A stretch of DNA of 47,570 nt from Pirellulales bacterium (GCA_030751095.1 JASMGX010000005.1:1-47570); one strand, 5' to 3'; shown: positions 20,176 to 29,451, counted from the first letter of the stretch. Notes: a model not told the origin generated them from the sequence alone. A program made the numbers and translations.

Positions 20176-20209
20176 GGCAACTGCCAATTCTAGCGGAGAG
20201 CATTCTGTT

Positions 20210-21634
20210 TTGTCTCATATCGATGTTACCCTTAGCGATCCACCTCGCCGCGCCGGAGCAAACCGGTTTTTCTTTTTTGCGCTAGGCACGATTGGCGGCA
20301 CCTACGTGCTGCTGATCCTCATGCTTCTCGGGGCAGATGTCGTCTACCTCTTTAGCGGTCGCAGCAGCGAAGAGGTTGTTGTCGATTTTTCGGTAGATGC
20401 AAATCGAACCCGTATTCAAGGCGGCGAGAGTCCGTCCGATCGCTTTGCAAAGTATGGATTATCATTCGCCAGTGCCGCGGACGAACGTTCTCTGACATTT
20501 CTTGACAGTTCCGATCCTGGCGCGTTTGAAGCATTCGGCACACCACATGAAGATTTTGGCGGTACCGGTCGCGGCGCCGGTGGTCGACGGGGCGAGCAGA
20601 CAGAGAACGACCGGCCACTCGGTAATGTACTGCTGCTTACTGAGGATAACGCACCGAGCGGTGGCACCATCACACTGAACTGGAAACAACCGGTCGAGTT
20701 GGATCGCCTCACCATCCTCAATGCCCGGCAGGGGGCATCGCTGCGGGCATTTTCTTCCGATGGAAAACTCGCCATCGAGAGAGAACTGGCAACAACCGGT
20801 CCATCGAGTGTGCTCTCTGTGCACCTCGGCATCAAGAATATTTCCCGGCTTGATGTCGCGTTGCCTGATGGCGGCGCACTTGCCGATGTCGCCTTTTTCT
20901 GGAACGGCCGACTCCTTGCCGACTGGGAGGCGGCACATCCGATCCTGGCCGCTGTTGCGTACAACCCGATCACCAATGCACTGGCAAAACCTGAAATCCA
21001 GCATTCCATCTACCTGAGTCTCGTCTCCTGCACCATCACCACCATCCTGTCCCTCTGGACGGCCGTCCCCTTAGGCTACCTTCTTTCCAGGCATCGTTTT
21101 TTCGGTCGCGATTTTATCGACGCGGTGCTCGACATACCGATCGTGCTTCCACCGCTCGTGGTGGGGCTGAGCCTCCTGATCCTGTTCCAGTTCTTCCCGG
21201 CGACACTCCGCGAGGCGGTCATCTACAAAGTTCCCGCCGTTATTCTCGCCCAATATGCTGTTGCCTGCGCGTTTGCTGTACGCACGATGCGCGCGACCTT
21301 TGACCAGATCGACTCCCGCCGGGAGATGGTCGCACTCACACTCGGCTGCAGCCGGGCGAGCGCATTTATGCACATCGTACTCCCCGAGTGCCGCCGCGGC
21401 ATGCTCACCGCGGGCACCCTCGCCTGGGCGCGGGCGCTGGGCGAATTCGGCCCGCTCCTTATTTTTGCCGGAGCCACGAGAAACAAGACGGAGGTACTTT
21501 CGACGACCGTCTTTTTGGAACTAAGTGTTGGCGACCTGGGAGCGGCGGTTGCCGTTTCGATGATCATGGTCGTCTCTGCGATCATCGTCCTCGTTTTGGC
21601 AAGGCTATGGGGAACCCGTACCCTATCGATTTGA
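20210..21634 (+). CDS. modB: Molybdate ABC permease (ModB-like) with a large inserted soluble domain
   Basis: C-terminal half has DIPIVLPPLVVGLSLL, the EAA loop (EMVALTLGCSR) and WARALGEFG. About 180 aa of soluble sequence follow TM1. Confidence 0.88.
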   Translation: MSHIDVTLSDPPRRAGANRFFFFALGTIGGTYVLLILMLLGADVVYLFSGRSSEEVVVDFSVDANRTRIQGGESPSDRFAKYGLSFASAADERSLTFLDSSDPGAFEAFGTPHEDFGGTGRGAGGRRGEQTENDRPLGNVLLLTEDNAPSGGTITLNWKQPVELDRLTILNARQGASLRAFSSDGKLAIERELATTGPSSVLSVHLGIKNISRLDVALPDGGALADVAFFWNGRLLADWEAAHPILAAVAYNPITNALAKPEIQHSIYLSLVSCTITTILSLWTAVPLGYLLSRHRFFGRDFIDAVLDIPIVLPPLVVGLSLLILFQFFPATLREAVIYKVPAVILAQYAVACAFAVRTMRATFDQIDSRREMVALTLGCSRASAFMHIVLPECRRGMLTAGTLAWARALGEFGPLLIFAGATRNKTEVLSTTVFLELSVGDLGAAVAVSMIMVVSAIIVLVLARLWGTRTLSI

Positions 21635-21649
21635 AATGCGTCTGGAGAA

Positions 21650-22306
21650 TTGTTCTTGATTACAATCGATCGTGTTACCATCCGAGCGGGTGACTTCCAT
21701 TTGGAAAATGCCTCTCTCTCGGTACCGACAGGCAGCTACGCGGTTCTGATGGGCAGAACCGGCTCGGGCAAAACATCGCTCCTAGAAGCGGTTGCCGGCC
21801 TCAAGGCGATTGTTTCAGGCCGCATCTTTTTAGGCGACCGCGATGTGACTGCGTGCACACCGGCAGAACGACATATCGGCTATGTACCACAGGACGGTGC
21901 TCTTTTTGAGCATATGAACGTTCGTGAACATCTGGCATTCGCGCTCAAGATACGCAAGGCGGCACCATCCCACATCGCCCACCGGGTTGAACACCTTGCA
22001 GGGATGCTGGAAATCGAACCGTTGCTTTCCCGCTCGATCCACGGACTCAGCGGCGGTGAAAAACAACGCGTCGCGCTTGGCAGGGCACTGTCGTTTTACC
22101 CGAAGATCCTACTTCTCGATGAACCCCTCAGCGCTCTCGACGAACCGACCCGCAGACAGATGCACACCCTTCTGAACCATGTGAAAGAGGAGACGGGGGT
22201 CACGACATTGCATGTAACGCACCAAATGTTTGATGTCGAACATCTTGCGGACTGTATCTTCAGGCTCGATGAGGGCAAAATCGTGCGCGATGCCCTACCC
22301 GGATAG
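21650..22306 (+). CDS. modC: ABC transporter ATP-binding protein (ModC-like, no TOBE domain)
   Basis: Walker A GRTGSGKT, GYVPQDGALF, LSGGEKQR, LLLDEP, HVTH; TTG start after GGAG. Confidence 0.88.
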   Translation: MFLITIDRVTIRAGDFHLENASLSVPTGSYAVLMGRTGSGKTSLLEAVAGLKAIVSGRIFLGDRDVTACTPAERHIGYVPQDGALFEHMNVREHLAFALKIRKAAPSHIAHRVEHLAGMLEIEPLLSRSIHGLSGGEKQRVALGRALSFYPKILLLDEPLSALDEPTRRQMHTLLNHVKEETGVTTLHVTHQMFDVEHLADCIFRLDEGKIVRDALPG

Positions 22307-22418
22307 ATTGGCGCACGATCCCGCTTGGCGGGACTCGAAATGAACCGACCCGGGCGGCTATACTATTCCCTTTCCCGCCCCACATCAAAAACCTCATTGC
22401 CTTCTGGAGCATCCGGAC

Positions 22419-23981
22419 ATGAAACTATTTTCCACACTGCTCGTTGCGTCAATCCTTCCGCTTCTCTGCCAGGCACCCGTTCGTGGAGAGGTCAAGCTGC
22501 CCAACATTTTTGGGCCGCACATGGTTTTGCAGCAGCAGCAGCCAATCCGCGTGTTCGGCTCTGCCGATCCGGGCGAAAAGGTAACCGTATCTTTTGCGGG
22601 GAAAAAGGGCACGGCGACTGCCGGCACCGATCGGCGGTGGCAAGTCACGCTGCCCGCCATGCAGGCGAGCAACAAACCGCAGAACATGGCGATCGAGGGC
22701 AAAAACCGGATTCAACTCACAGACATCCTCATTGGCGAGGTCTGGATTTGCAGCGGACAATCCAATATGGAATGGTGGCTGCAAAACAGCGCTAACGCAA
22801 AAAAGGAAATCGCTGCTGCCGATTATCCCGAAATCCGGCTCTTCGATGTGACCGGCCACACCATGCACCGCGAAGCGCAGGCGAACACCACCGGGAGATG
22901 GAAGCTGTGCAAACCGGCGACGGCCCGCAGCTTCTCAGCGGTCGGATATTTCTTTGGCCGGGATCTTTATCAAAAAACCAACGTTCCCATCGGCCTGGTC
23001 GGCTCGAACTGGGGCGGCACCAAGATCGAACCCTGGACGACGGTCGATGGCTTTGCATCTGTCCCGGAACTGAAGCATTACAGCGATGGCCTCAAAAAGC
23101 TCGACCTCTCCACCCGGGAAGGCAAAGAACATCACCGGGAATATCTCGACCGGCTCACACAGTGGATCTCCAAGGCCCACGAGAAAGTAAACCGCAATGA
23201 GCCGACCGGCTCGCCGCCAACGCCACCGAGCCTGCACGACCTCGACGGTGCGACCGCCATCTACAATTCCATGGTCCACGGCCTGGCCCCCTACAGCCTT
23301 CGCGGGGCAATCTGGTATCAGGGAGAATCGAACGGCGATGAGGGCGAAAGCTATTACCACAAGATGCGAGCCCTCATCAACGGCTGGCGCAAGGCGTTCC
23401 AAAACCCAGAACTCGCATTCTATTTTGTACAACTCGCAAATTACCGCGAGGGCAACAAGCCCGAGGAGCGTTGGGCACCCCTTCGTGAGGCCCAACGTAA
23501 AACGCTCCGCGTCCCACATACCGGAATGGCGGTCACTACGGACATCGGCAATCCCGCCGATATCCATCCCCGCAACAAACAGGATGTCGGACGACGCCTG
23601 GCCCTCTGGGCCCTGCGCGACATCCACAAGCAAGACGTGACTCCGTCGGGCCCCCTCTTTCGCGAACTGAAGATTGAGGGCAATACAGCCCGCGTTCTAT
23701 TCGACTATGCTCCCAATGGACTCATGGTCGGAAAAAAGAAGGGGTTGGCTCCCACCCGCGAAGTAAAAGATGGGAAGCTGAGCGATTTCCTCATCGCCGG
23801 CGCGGACAAAAAATGGCATCCGGCGAATGCAACGATCGACGGCAACGATGTTCTCCTCTCCTGCCCCAGCGTGCCAAAACCGATCGCCGTCCGGTACGCT
23901 TTTCGCCAGAACCCGCAAGGGGCAAACCTGTATAATACAGAAGGCCTTCCTGCTTCACCGTTCCGTTCTGATAGCTGGTAA
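22419..23981 (+). CDS. Sialate O-acetylesterase family (SASA) secreted protein
   Basis: Signal peptide, GEVWICSGQSNM, FSAVGYFFGR, WGGT.IE.W, WYQGESN, DIHPRNKQDVGRRLA, GLPASPFRSD. Confidence 0.95.
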   Translation: MKLFSTLLVASILPLLCQAPVRGEVKLPNIFGPHMVLQQQQPIRVFGSADPGEKVTVSFAGKKGTATAGTDRRWQVTLPAMQASNKPQNMAIEGKNRIQLTDILIGEVWICSGQSNMEWWLQNSANAKKEIAAADYPEIRLFDVTGHTMHREAQANTTGRWKLCKPATARSFSAVGYFFGRDLYQKTNVPIGLVGSNWGGTKIEPWTTVDGFASVPELKHYSDGLKKLDLSTREGKEHHREYLDRLTQWISKAHEKVNRNEPTGSPPTPPSLHDLDGATAIYNSMVHGLAPYSLRGAIWYQGESNGDEGESYYHKMRALINGWRKAFQNPELAFYFVQLANYREGNKPEERWAPLREAQRKTLRVPHTGMAVTTDIGNPADIHPRNKQDVGRRLALWALRDIHKQDVTPSGPLFRELKIEGNTARVLFDYAPNGLMVGKKKGLAPTREVKDGKLSDFLIAGADKKWHPANATIDGNDVLLSCPSVPKPIAVRYAFRQNPQGANLYNTEGLPASPFRSDSW

Positions 23982-24154
23982 CAGGCTGTTTTCTCGCGGC
24001 AGCGAAGGCTAAGCTTGTGAGGCGAACCGCACTTAGGTTATGGTGTGAGTAGGTCAGAACCGCCTGATGGCGCTAAAGACCCCCTCCAAAGACACCCACC
24101 TCCCACTCCACGACAACTACAATAACAGGCCACTAGAACAACAGGACTCCGACG

Positions 24155-25501
24155 ATGACGAAAAAGCCTTCTGCCACACGCCGTGACTTTCTCAAAAAAT
24201 CGGCCGCCGCCTCAGCACTTGCTGCAAGTTCGGTACCCTATTTCAGCTGGAGCGAGCCTGTTTTTGCCAACAACTCTCCCAACGATCGGCCGAATATCGG
24301 TTGCATTGGAACCGGGAGCATGGGGTCGGGAGATGCGATCGACCATGGCCATTTCGGAAACATTGTGGCCGTCTGCGATGTTGATTCACGGCGTAGTGAA
24401 AAAGCCAAACACCACGACCGGATCGGCAAGGGCAAGGCCGTCGCCTACAAAGACTATCGCAAGGTACTCGACCGGGACGACATCGACACGGTAAGCATCG
24501 TCACACCGGACCATTGGCACATAAAAATTGCAGTCGAAGCGCTGCAGGCCGGGAAACATGTTTTTTGTCAGAAACCGCTTACGCTCACGCTCGAAGAGAA
24601 CAAGATCATCCGCGATGCCTGCAAAAAACATGACGACCAGATATTCTTTGTCGGCACGCAACAGCGAAGCAGTCGTCGCCTCTTCATGCGTGCGGTAAAT
24701 ATGGTCCAGAAGGGCTTGCTCGGCGACATTCAAAAAGTGACCGTGGGCATTGATGGAAGCCCGACGGGAGGACCGTTTCCCCTAGCGGACGCTCCGAAGG
24801 AACTCGACTGGGAGATGTGGCTCGGTCAAGCTCCGCTCGTCGATTACCGCGAGAAACGATGCCACTACCAATTTCGATGGTGGTATGAGTATTCGGGCGG
24901 CAAATTTACCGACTGGGGCGCACATCATGTCGACATCGCCACCTGGGCCCTCCAGCAGGACCAGGAGGGAATGGGCCCCGTCGAAATTGACGGCACCGCC
25001 GCAGTGCATCCTGTCGACTACAAGGACGGCCATGCAACCGTCGATGATCATTACAACGCCTCCCACGACTTTTCGATTCCCTGCCGTTTCGCCAATGGCG
25101 TCGAGATGGTCGTCACGAGCAAACCGCCCAACGGCGTTCTGTTTGAGGGGACCAAAGGCCGCATGTTTGTCAATCGCGGCAAGATCGTCGGCAAGCCGAT
25201 TGATGAAGATTGGGATGCGGGCCACTACGGACAGGATGATCTAACGCGACTCTACAAGGGCAAACCGCACGAATGGCACAAAGCCAATTTTTATCGTTCG
25301 ATCCGGGACGGCGGATTGCCGGTCTCTGATGTTTTCAGCCACGTGCAGGCGATGAACACCTGCCATCTCTGCACGATCGCCGCTCGCCTGGGCCGAAAAA
25401 TCCAATGGGATCCCGCAGCGGAGCAGATTGTTGGCGATGAGCTGGCTGCCTCGTTTGTCTCGCGGACTCCGCGGGCAGGTTATGAGATCCCGCGCGTCTG
25501 A
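24155..25501 (+). CDS. Tat-exported Gfo/Idh/MocA family oxidoreductase
   Basis: TRRDFLKK twin-arginine signal, IGCIGTGSMG, TPDHWH, GKHVFCQKP, GTQQRS, DWGAHHVD. Confidence 0.95.
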   Translation: MTKKPSATRRDFLKKSAAASALAASSVPYFSWSEPVFANNSPNDRPNIGCIGTGSMGSGDAIDHGHFGNIVAVCDVDSRRSEKAKHHDRIGKGKAVAYKDYRKVLDRDDIDTVSIVTPDHWHIKIAVEALQAGKHVFCQKPLTLTLEENKIIRDACKKHDDQIFFVGTQQRSSRRLFMRAVNMVQKGLLGDIQKVTVGIDGSPTGGPFPLADAPKELDWEMWLGQAPLVDYREKRCHYQFRWWYEYSGGKFTDWGAHHVDIATWALQQDQEGMGPVEIDGTAAVHPVDYKDGHATVDDHYNASHDFSIPCRFANGVEMVVTSKPPNGVLFEGTKGRMFVNRGKIVGKPIDEDWDAGHYGQDDLTRLYKGKPHEWHKANFYRSIRDGGLPVSDVFSHVQAMNTCHLCTIAARLGRKIQWDPAAEQIVGDELAASFVSRTPRAGYEIPRV

Positions 25502-25523
25502 GCTCCGATAACGATCGCTTCAC

Positions 25524-25559
25524 GACAACCTCCCGCCAAGGGCTGGGGGTTGTCTTTTT
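25524..25559 (+). terminator. Rho-independent terminator
   Basis: GACAACCTCC-loop-GGGGGTTGTC followed by TTTTT, just after the oxidoreductase stop. Confidence 0.75.
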
Positions 25560-25614
25560 GCGCAGAATCGACGCCTCCTTCTGCCACCTGGGGCTCTCGT
25601 GTACAACAGGTCGC

Positions 25615-26646
25615 ATGTCAGAGACCCAGCACGAGCGGATACCTCCCGGCCAACAACTGCTTCGAGCAGGTCGCTGGCCTGCGGTCGGCGAATCGGCGCC
25701 CGCCGGGGACGATGGCGATTGGACGCTTTCTCTGCGCGGCCTGTTTCGCGAGCCCCGATCCATCACGCTTCGCGAATTATCGAGCCAGCCCCAGGTCGAT
25801 TCCTCGATCGACATCCACTGCGTAACCCGCTGGAGCCGCCTCAATATTCCCTTTCGCGGCATTCCGCTCAATCAACTACTTGCCGATGAACATATTCTTC
25901 CGGAGGCCGCGTACGTTTCGTTCATTGCGAGAAGCGAGCGGGCCCATTCGAGCAGCGTTCCGCTGGCTGTAGCGCGAAAGAGCCTGCTCGCGCTCGAGGC
26001 GGAGGGCAAACCCCTTTCGCGTGAGCACGGTGGCCCGCTTCGCGTCGTTGTACCCGATAAATATTTTTACAAGAGCGTCAAATGGCTCGAGCAGATTGAA
26101 CTTCTCCGTGAGGATCGCCTCGGTTACTGGGAGGCCGATGCCGGCTACCACAACGGGGCCGACCCCTGGCGGGAGGAGCGCTACGTTGCACCCGCCATCA
26201 GCAAACAGCAGGCGGTGCGCCTCATGGCAGAACGCGATTTTTCCCGCGAGGATCTAATGGGCATCGATGCGAGCGGCCGCGAGTTGAGAGGCTTGCGCGC
26301 TCGTGCTGCGCTCTTGCGAAATGCCAACTTCCAAAATGCGACCTTGTGCGACGCCGACTTTACCGGATCCAATCTGGCCAACGCCCACTTTCAGGGCGCC
26401 GATTTGCAACGGGCCGTGTTTGAAGACGCAGATCTGGAGGGCGCGAACCTAGCCGGCGCGGACCTTCGCGGCGCAGCGCTCACCGGAGCCTCGCTCTTCG
26501 GGGCAACATTTTTTGAAGAGGCGACCGACTCTGCCCCGGCTCGTGCCGCCCTGCTGGATGCATCGACGAAACTTGCGGCGGACCAGATTTCGCTTTTGGC
26601 TGACGACCAGGAGCAATACTTAAGACAGTTTATCACCGTTTCATGA
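25615..26646 (+). CDS. Sulfite-oxidase-family molybdopterin oxidoreductase (YuiH-like) fused to pentapeptide repeats
   Basis: RIPPGQ, DIHCVTRWS (Mo-ligand Cys), HGGPLRVVVP..YFYKSVKWL, GYWE..GYH..ADPWREERY, then ANFQNATLCDADFTGSNLANAHFQGADLQRAVFEDADLEGANLAGADLRGA. Confidence 0.9.
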   Translation: MSETQHERIPPGQQLLRAGRWPAVGESAPAGDDGDWTLSLRGLFREPRSITLRELSSQPQVDSSIDIHCVTRWSRLNIPFRGIPLNQLLADEHILPEAAYVSFIARSERAHSSSVPLAVARKSLLALEAEGKPLSREHGGPLRVVVPDKYFYKSVKWLEQIELLREDRLGYWEADAGYHNGADPWREERYVAPAISKQQAVRLMAERDFSREDLMGIDASGRELRGLRARAALLRNANFQNATLCDADFTGSNLANAHFQGADLQRAVFEDADLEGANLAGADLRGAALTGASLFGATFFEEATDSAPARAALLDASTKLAADQISLLADDQEQYLRQFITVS

Positions 26647-28421
26647 GCGAATCCAAACACTTTCAATCGATGCAGCGGCTTTCGCCGCGGCGCAACACCT
26701 CAAACGCCGAGGATCTCGAGGGCCTTGTTGCCGAACAGCTCGATCATTTTTCGATCGATCCGGACAGCCCCTTCGGCAGTAGACTAGCGCAGCTCGCCGA
26801 GCGGATGTATGCCTCGAAGGGCGATGTCGATGCCCTTTGGCAACTCACCCTCTCTGAAATGGCGTCGCTTGAGGCCCCGCAGCGTATTGCGCGCTTCAAC
26901 GCGCTCAAATTCCTGTCGTTCCAACTCGCAAAGATCCTGGACAATCTGCAAGGCCCCTTTCGCCGCAGCTATCAGTCGCTCAATTTCAGCCCCTCCACCA
27001 GCATGTCGAAGGGGCCTTATCCGATCTTTGACAACATCACCGCCATTTTTTCCGCCACGCCCGTCATCACACGGACCGCGACCTACATCTACGCCTGTGC
27101 CGAGTGGATCGAAGACGCCTTTGCCGGCAGGGAACTGATGCTAGAAATCTACTCCCGCCTGCTCAATCCCACCAGCATTTCACTTGCCAACCACATTGTC
27201 GACTTGGAAGCCGGTCATTTCGCAGGCGATTACCTCGCCTGGAACTTCAATAGCGGCATGGCGGCCATTGACGCCACGCTCTCGCACTTGCTCGGCCGGG
27301 ATGATGTCCTGATTACCAGTCGGAATATTTATGGCGGTGCGCACCAACTGATCCACGACTGGTACGCCAAGGAGAGCAATCTGGCGATCGCCGTTGAGAC
27401 GTTCGACGGTTACCACTGCGACGACTTTCAACGCTGCCTTGAGGAATGCCGCGAAAAATATGCCGAAAGGCTCGATGCGGGGCGACAGATCTACCTCTAC
27501 CTGGAATCTCCCTGCAATCCCCACGGCTATGTCTTGGACGTTCCTACAATCTGTCGCGCCGCGCATGAGTCTGACGTGCGCGTCATGCTCGACGGAACGG
27601 TCGCCACCCCTTTTTTGAACAGGCCACTCACCCGCGATGCAAAAGAAGAACGGCCCGATTTCCTCATCCATAGCTACACCAAAGACCTTTCCGGAACGGG
27701 GAGCGTCATCGCCGGTTGCGTCATCGGTCGCAACGAGGACATGTTCCTCCCCAAAGGCCACGTGACCGCCGAGTCCCGCTGGGATGAGACCATGTTCTGG
27801 AACGTGTATTACGTCAAAGGCGCTTTTCTGAACGCCGATGCCGCCTTTGAGGTGATCCAGGGCATCCGCACGCTCGATGTTCGGATGATGCGCAAATGCA
27901 TCAACACGGAAATTCTTGCTCACTTCCTCGACGCCCATCCCCAGATCAGCGTTCAGTGCAGTGCGCTCCCCGGGAGCGAGAACCACCAGTTATCAAAGCA
28001 GCAGCTTTTTCTCGCTCTGCCCGCGCCGCTCTTCACGATCGACCTGGGCAAGATCCCCAAAATCACGTTCCAGCGTTTTTTCGATTCTCTCTCACCGACC
28101 TTTGGGCATATGATCAGCCTCGGTCAGTCCAACACCATCGTCAGTTGCCCGTCACTGACCACCCACTCGGAACTCGACGGGGCGGCCCTGTCCGAAGCGG
28201 GGATGACGGCCACCACCATCCGCTTTTCGGTCGGCGACGAGGACCCGATCGACCTCATCCGGCATCTCACCGAGAGTGCCTGCCTTGCCATTGACCCGGA
28301 TGTCGCCGGCTTTTCCGGGGGTTTCCCCGATACATCGACAACGCACGCGCTGATCCGCGAGTGCTACACCTCGGCGCACAAGCGATACATCGACTCGCGA
28401 CTCGGTAGCGATGGCCCCTGA
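26643..28421 (+). CDS. Cys/Met metabolism PLP-dependent enzyme (cystathionine gamma-synthase/lyase-like) with a long N-terminal extension
   Basis: YSRLLNPT, FNSGMAAI, IYGGAH, LESPCNP, LDGTVATP, HSYTK (PLP Lys), ISLGQSNT...P..TTHS, IRFSVGDED. ATGA overlap with the upstream gene. Confidence 0.9.
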   Translation: MSESKHFQSMQRLSPRRNTSNAEDLEGLVAEQLDHFSIDPDSPFGSRLAQLAERMYASKGDVDALWQLTLSEMASLEAPQRIARFNALKFLSFQLAKILDNLQGPFRRSYQSLNFSPSTSMSKGPYPIFDNITAIFSATPVITRTATYIYACAEWIEDAFAGRELMLEIYSRLLNPTSISLANHIVDLEAGHFAGDYLAWNFNSGMAAIDATLSHLLGRDDVLITSRNIYGGAHQLIHDWYAKESNLAIAVETFDGYHCDDFQRCLEECREKYAERLDAGRQIYLYLESPCNPHGYVLDVPTICRAAHESDVRVMLDGTVATPFLNRPLTRDAKEERPDFLIHSYTKDLSGTGSVIAGCVIGRNEDMFLPKGHVTAESRWDETMFWNVYYVKGAFLNADAAFEVIQGIRTLDVRMMRKCINTEILAHFLDAHPQISVQCSALPGSENHQLSKQQLFLALPAPLFTIDLGKIPKITFQRFFDSLSPTFGHMISLGQSNTIVSCPSLTTHSELDGAALSEAGMTATTIRFSVGDEDPIDLIRHLTESACLAIDPDVAGFSGGFPDTSTTHALIRECYTSAHKRYIDSRLGSDGP

Positions 28422-28430
28422 TGCACGCCG

Positions 28431-28497
28431 CCGGTGCCGATCAATCCGGTGCCGATCAATCCGGTGTCAATCAATGGTGGCTCGCAATGGTGGCTCG
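28431..28497. repeat. Compound intergenic tandem repeats (3 x 15 bp, then 2 x 13 bp)
   Basis: CCGGTGCCGATCAAT x2 plus CCGGTGTCAATCAAT (28431-28475); CAATGGTGGCTCG x2 (28472-28497). Confidence 0.9.
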
Positions 28498-28527
28498 CCC
28501 CGCCCATCGCGGCTGTCGACAGCTGCC

Positions 28528-28803
28528 TTAATTCATCTGGGGCATGCTGAAGCTGGTAAACGCCCCAGTAGATGCGCCAATAATCAGGTGCAGCACAACG
28601 ATTGCCGTCCATATGTACATCACCTTCGAGAGATTCCACTTCCCGACATTAATCCAGCCGATGATGAATCCACCCAGGCCGAAACAGGGAATGATGGACA
28701 GGATTCCCAGCAACGGACTCTCTTCGTTTTTAAATGCGGCAAGGATCTCCTTGATCCAGCAGACCAACGCTCCAATGCTCGTAAGAATCAACAAAAACTG
28801 CAT
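28528..28803 (-). CDS. Small integral membrane protein (3 TM), unknown function
   Basis: RBS GGGAGG; 91 aa, hydrophobic: ...PLLGILSIIPCFGLGGFIIGWINVGKWNLSKVMYIWT... Confidence 0.8.
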   Translation of the reverse strand: MQFLLILTSIGALVCWIKEILAAFKNEESPLLGILSIIPCFGLGGFIIGWINVGKWNLSKVMYIWTAIVVLHLIIGASTGAFTSFSMPQMN

Positions 28804-28974
28804 CGTCTCGACCTCCCTATCTAGAAAAGGCATCGGTTAAGAATTGCAACACTTTCGAACAATCCAGTTCGCGCTAGCTGGAATATACTCCACTGGCATT
28901 CGCGTGCAACCGCAAAACGGGGCATGAGGAGAATCAGCGGTTTCGCCGCCAGAAAACAACAGGCCACCAAACAC

Positions 28975-29316
28975 TCAGATGTTTGGCCCGAGCCCCGGCG
29001 ATCCAACGTAGAGCCTGTAGAGTTGGACCACAAACAGCACCAGCACTAGCCCGGTAAAGACGGTCATCAACTGCGTGATTTTCCATTTCCTGCAGTTTGC
29101 CCAGCCGATAAGATAGGCTGCAATTGGCGTAAGATAGACGCTCTCCCATCCAATGACAAATGCGCCGACCGCCGTGGGCAACGCACATAGGATTCCAAGC
29201 AGCGGATTCCCCTCGGGTCGCAACGCCACGACAATCACAACGACCGAGCAGAGCAGAATTCCGGCGAGGCAGACCAACTCAACCCACAACGAAATATCGA
29301 AATATGCAAATAACAT
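28975..29316 (-). CDS. Small integral membrane protein, paralog of 28528-28803
   Basis: Shares PLLGIL...G.F.IGW...IGW.N..KW.I..LM...T with its neighbour. Confidence 0.75.
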   Translation of the reverse strand: MLFAYFDISLWVELVCLAGILLCSVVVIVVALRPEGNPLLGILCALPTAVGAFVIGWESVYLTPIAAYLIGWANCRKWKITQLMTVFTGLVLVLFVVQLYRLYVGSPGLGPNI

Positions 29317-29451
29317 TTGCCTGCAACCAAAAGAGAAGGGAATCGGAAAACCTCATTCTCCATCTCCCAGCCTAGCTGTCTCCATTATATATGGAGCAGG
29401 AGAATTGCAATCGATATTCTGCACTACATACTCCAGCTTACTCGTTTAGCG

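Noticed and set aside
28431-28497. Possible CRISPR array
   Set aside because: Repeats are 13-15 bp and contiguous with no spacers; no cas genes.
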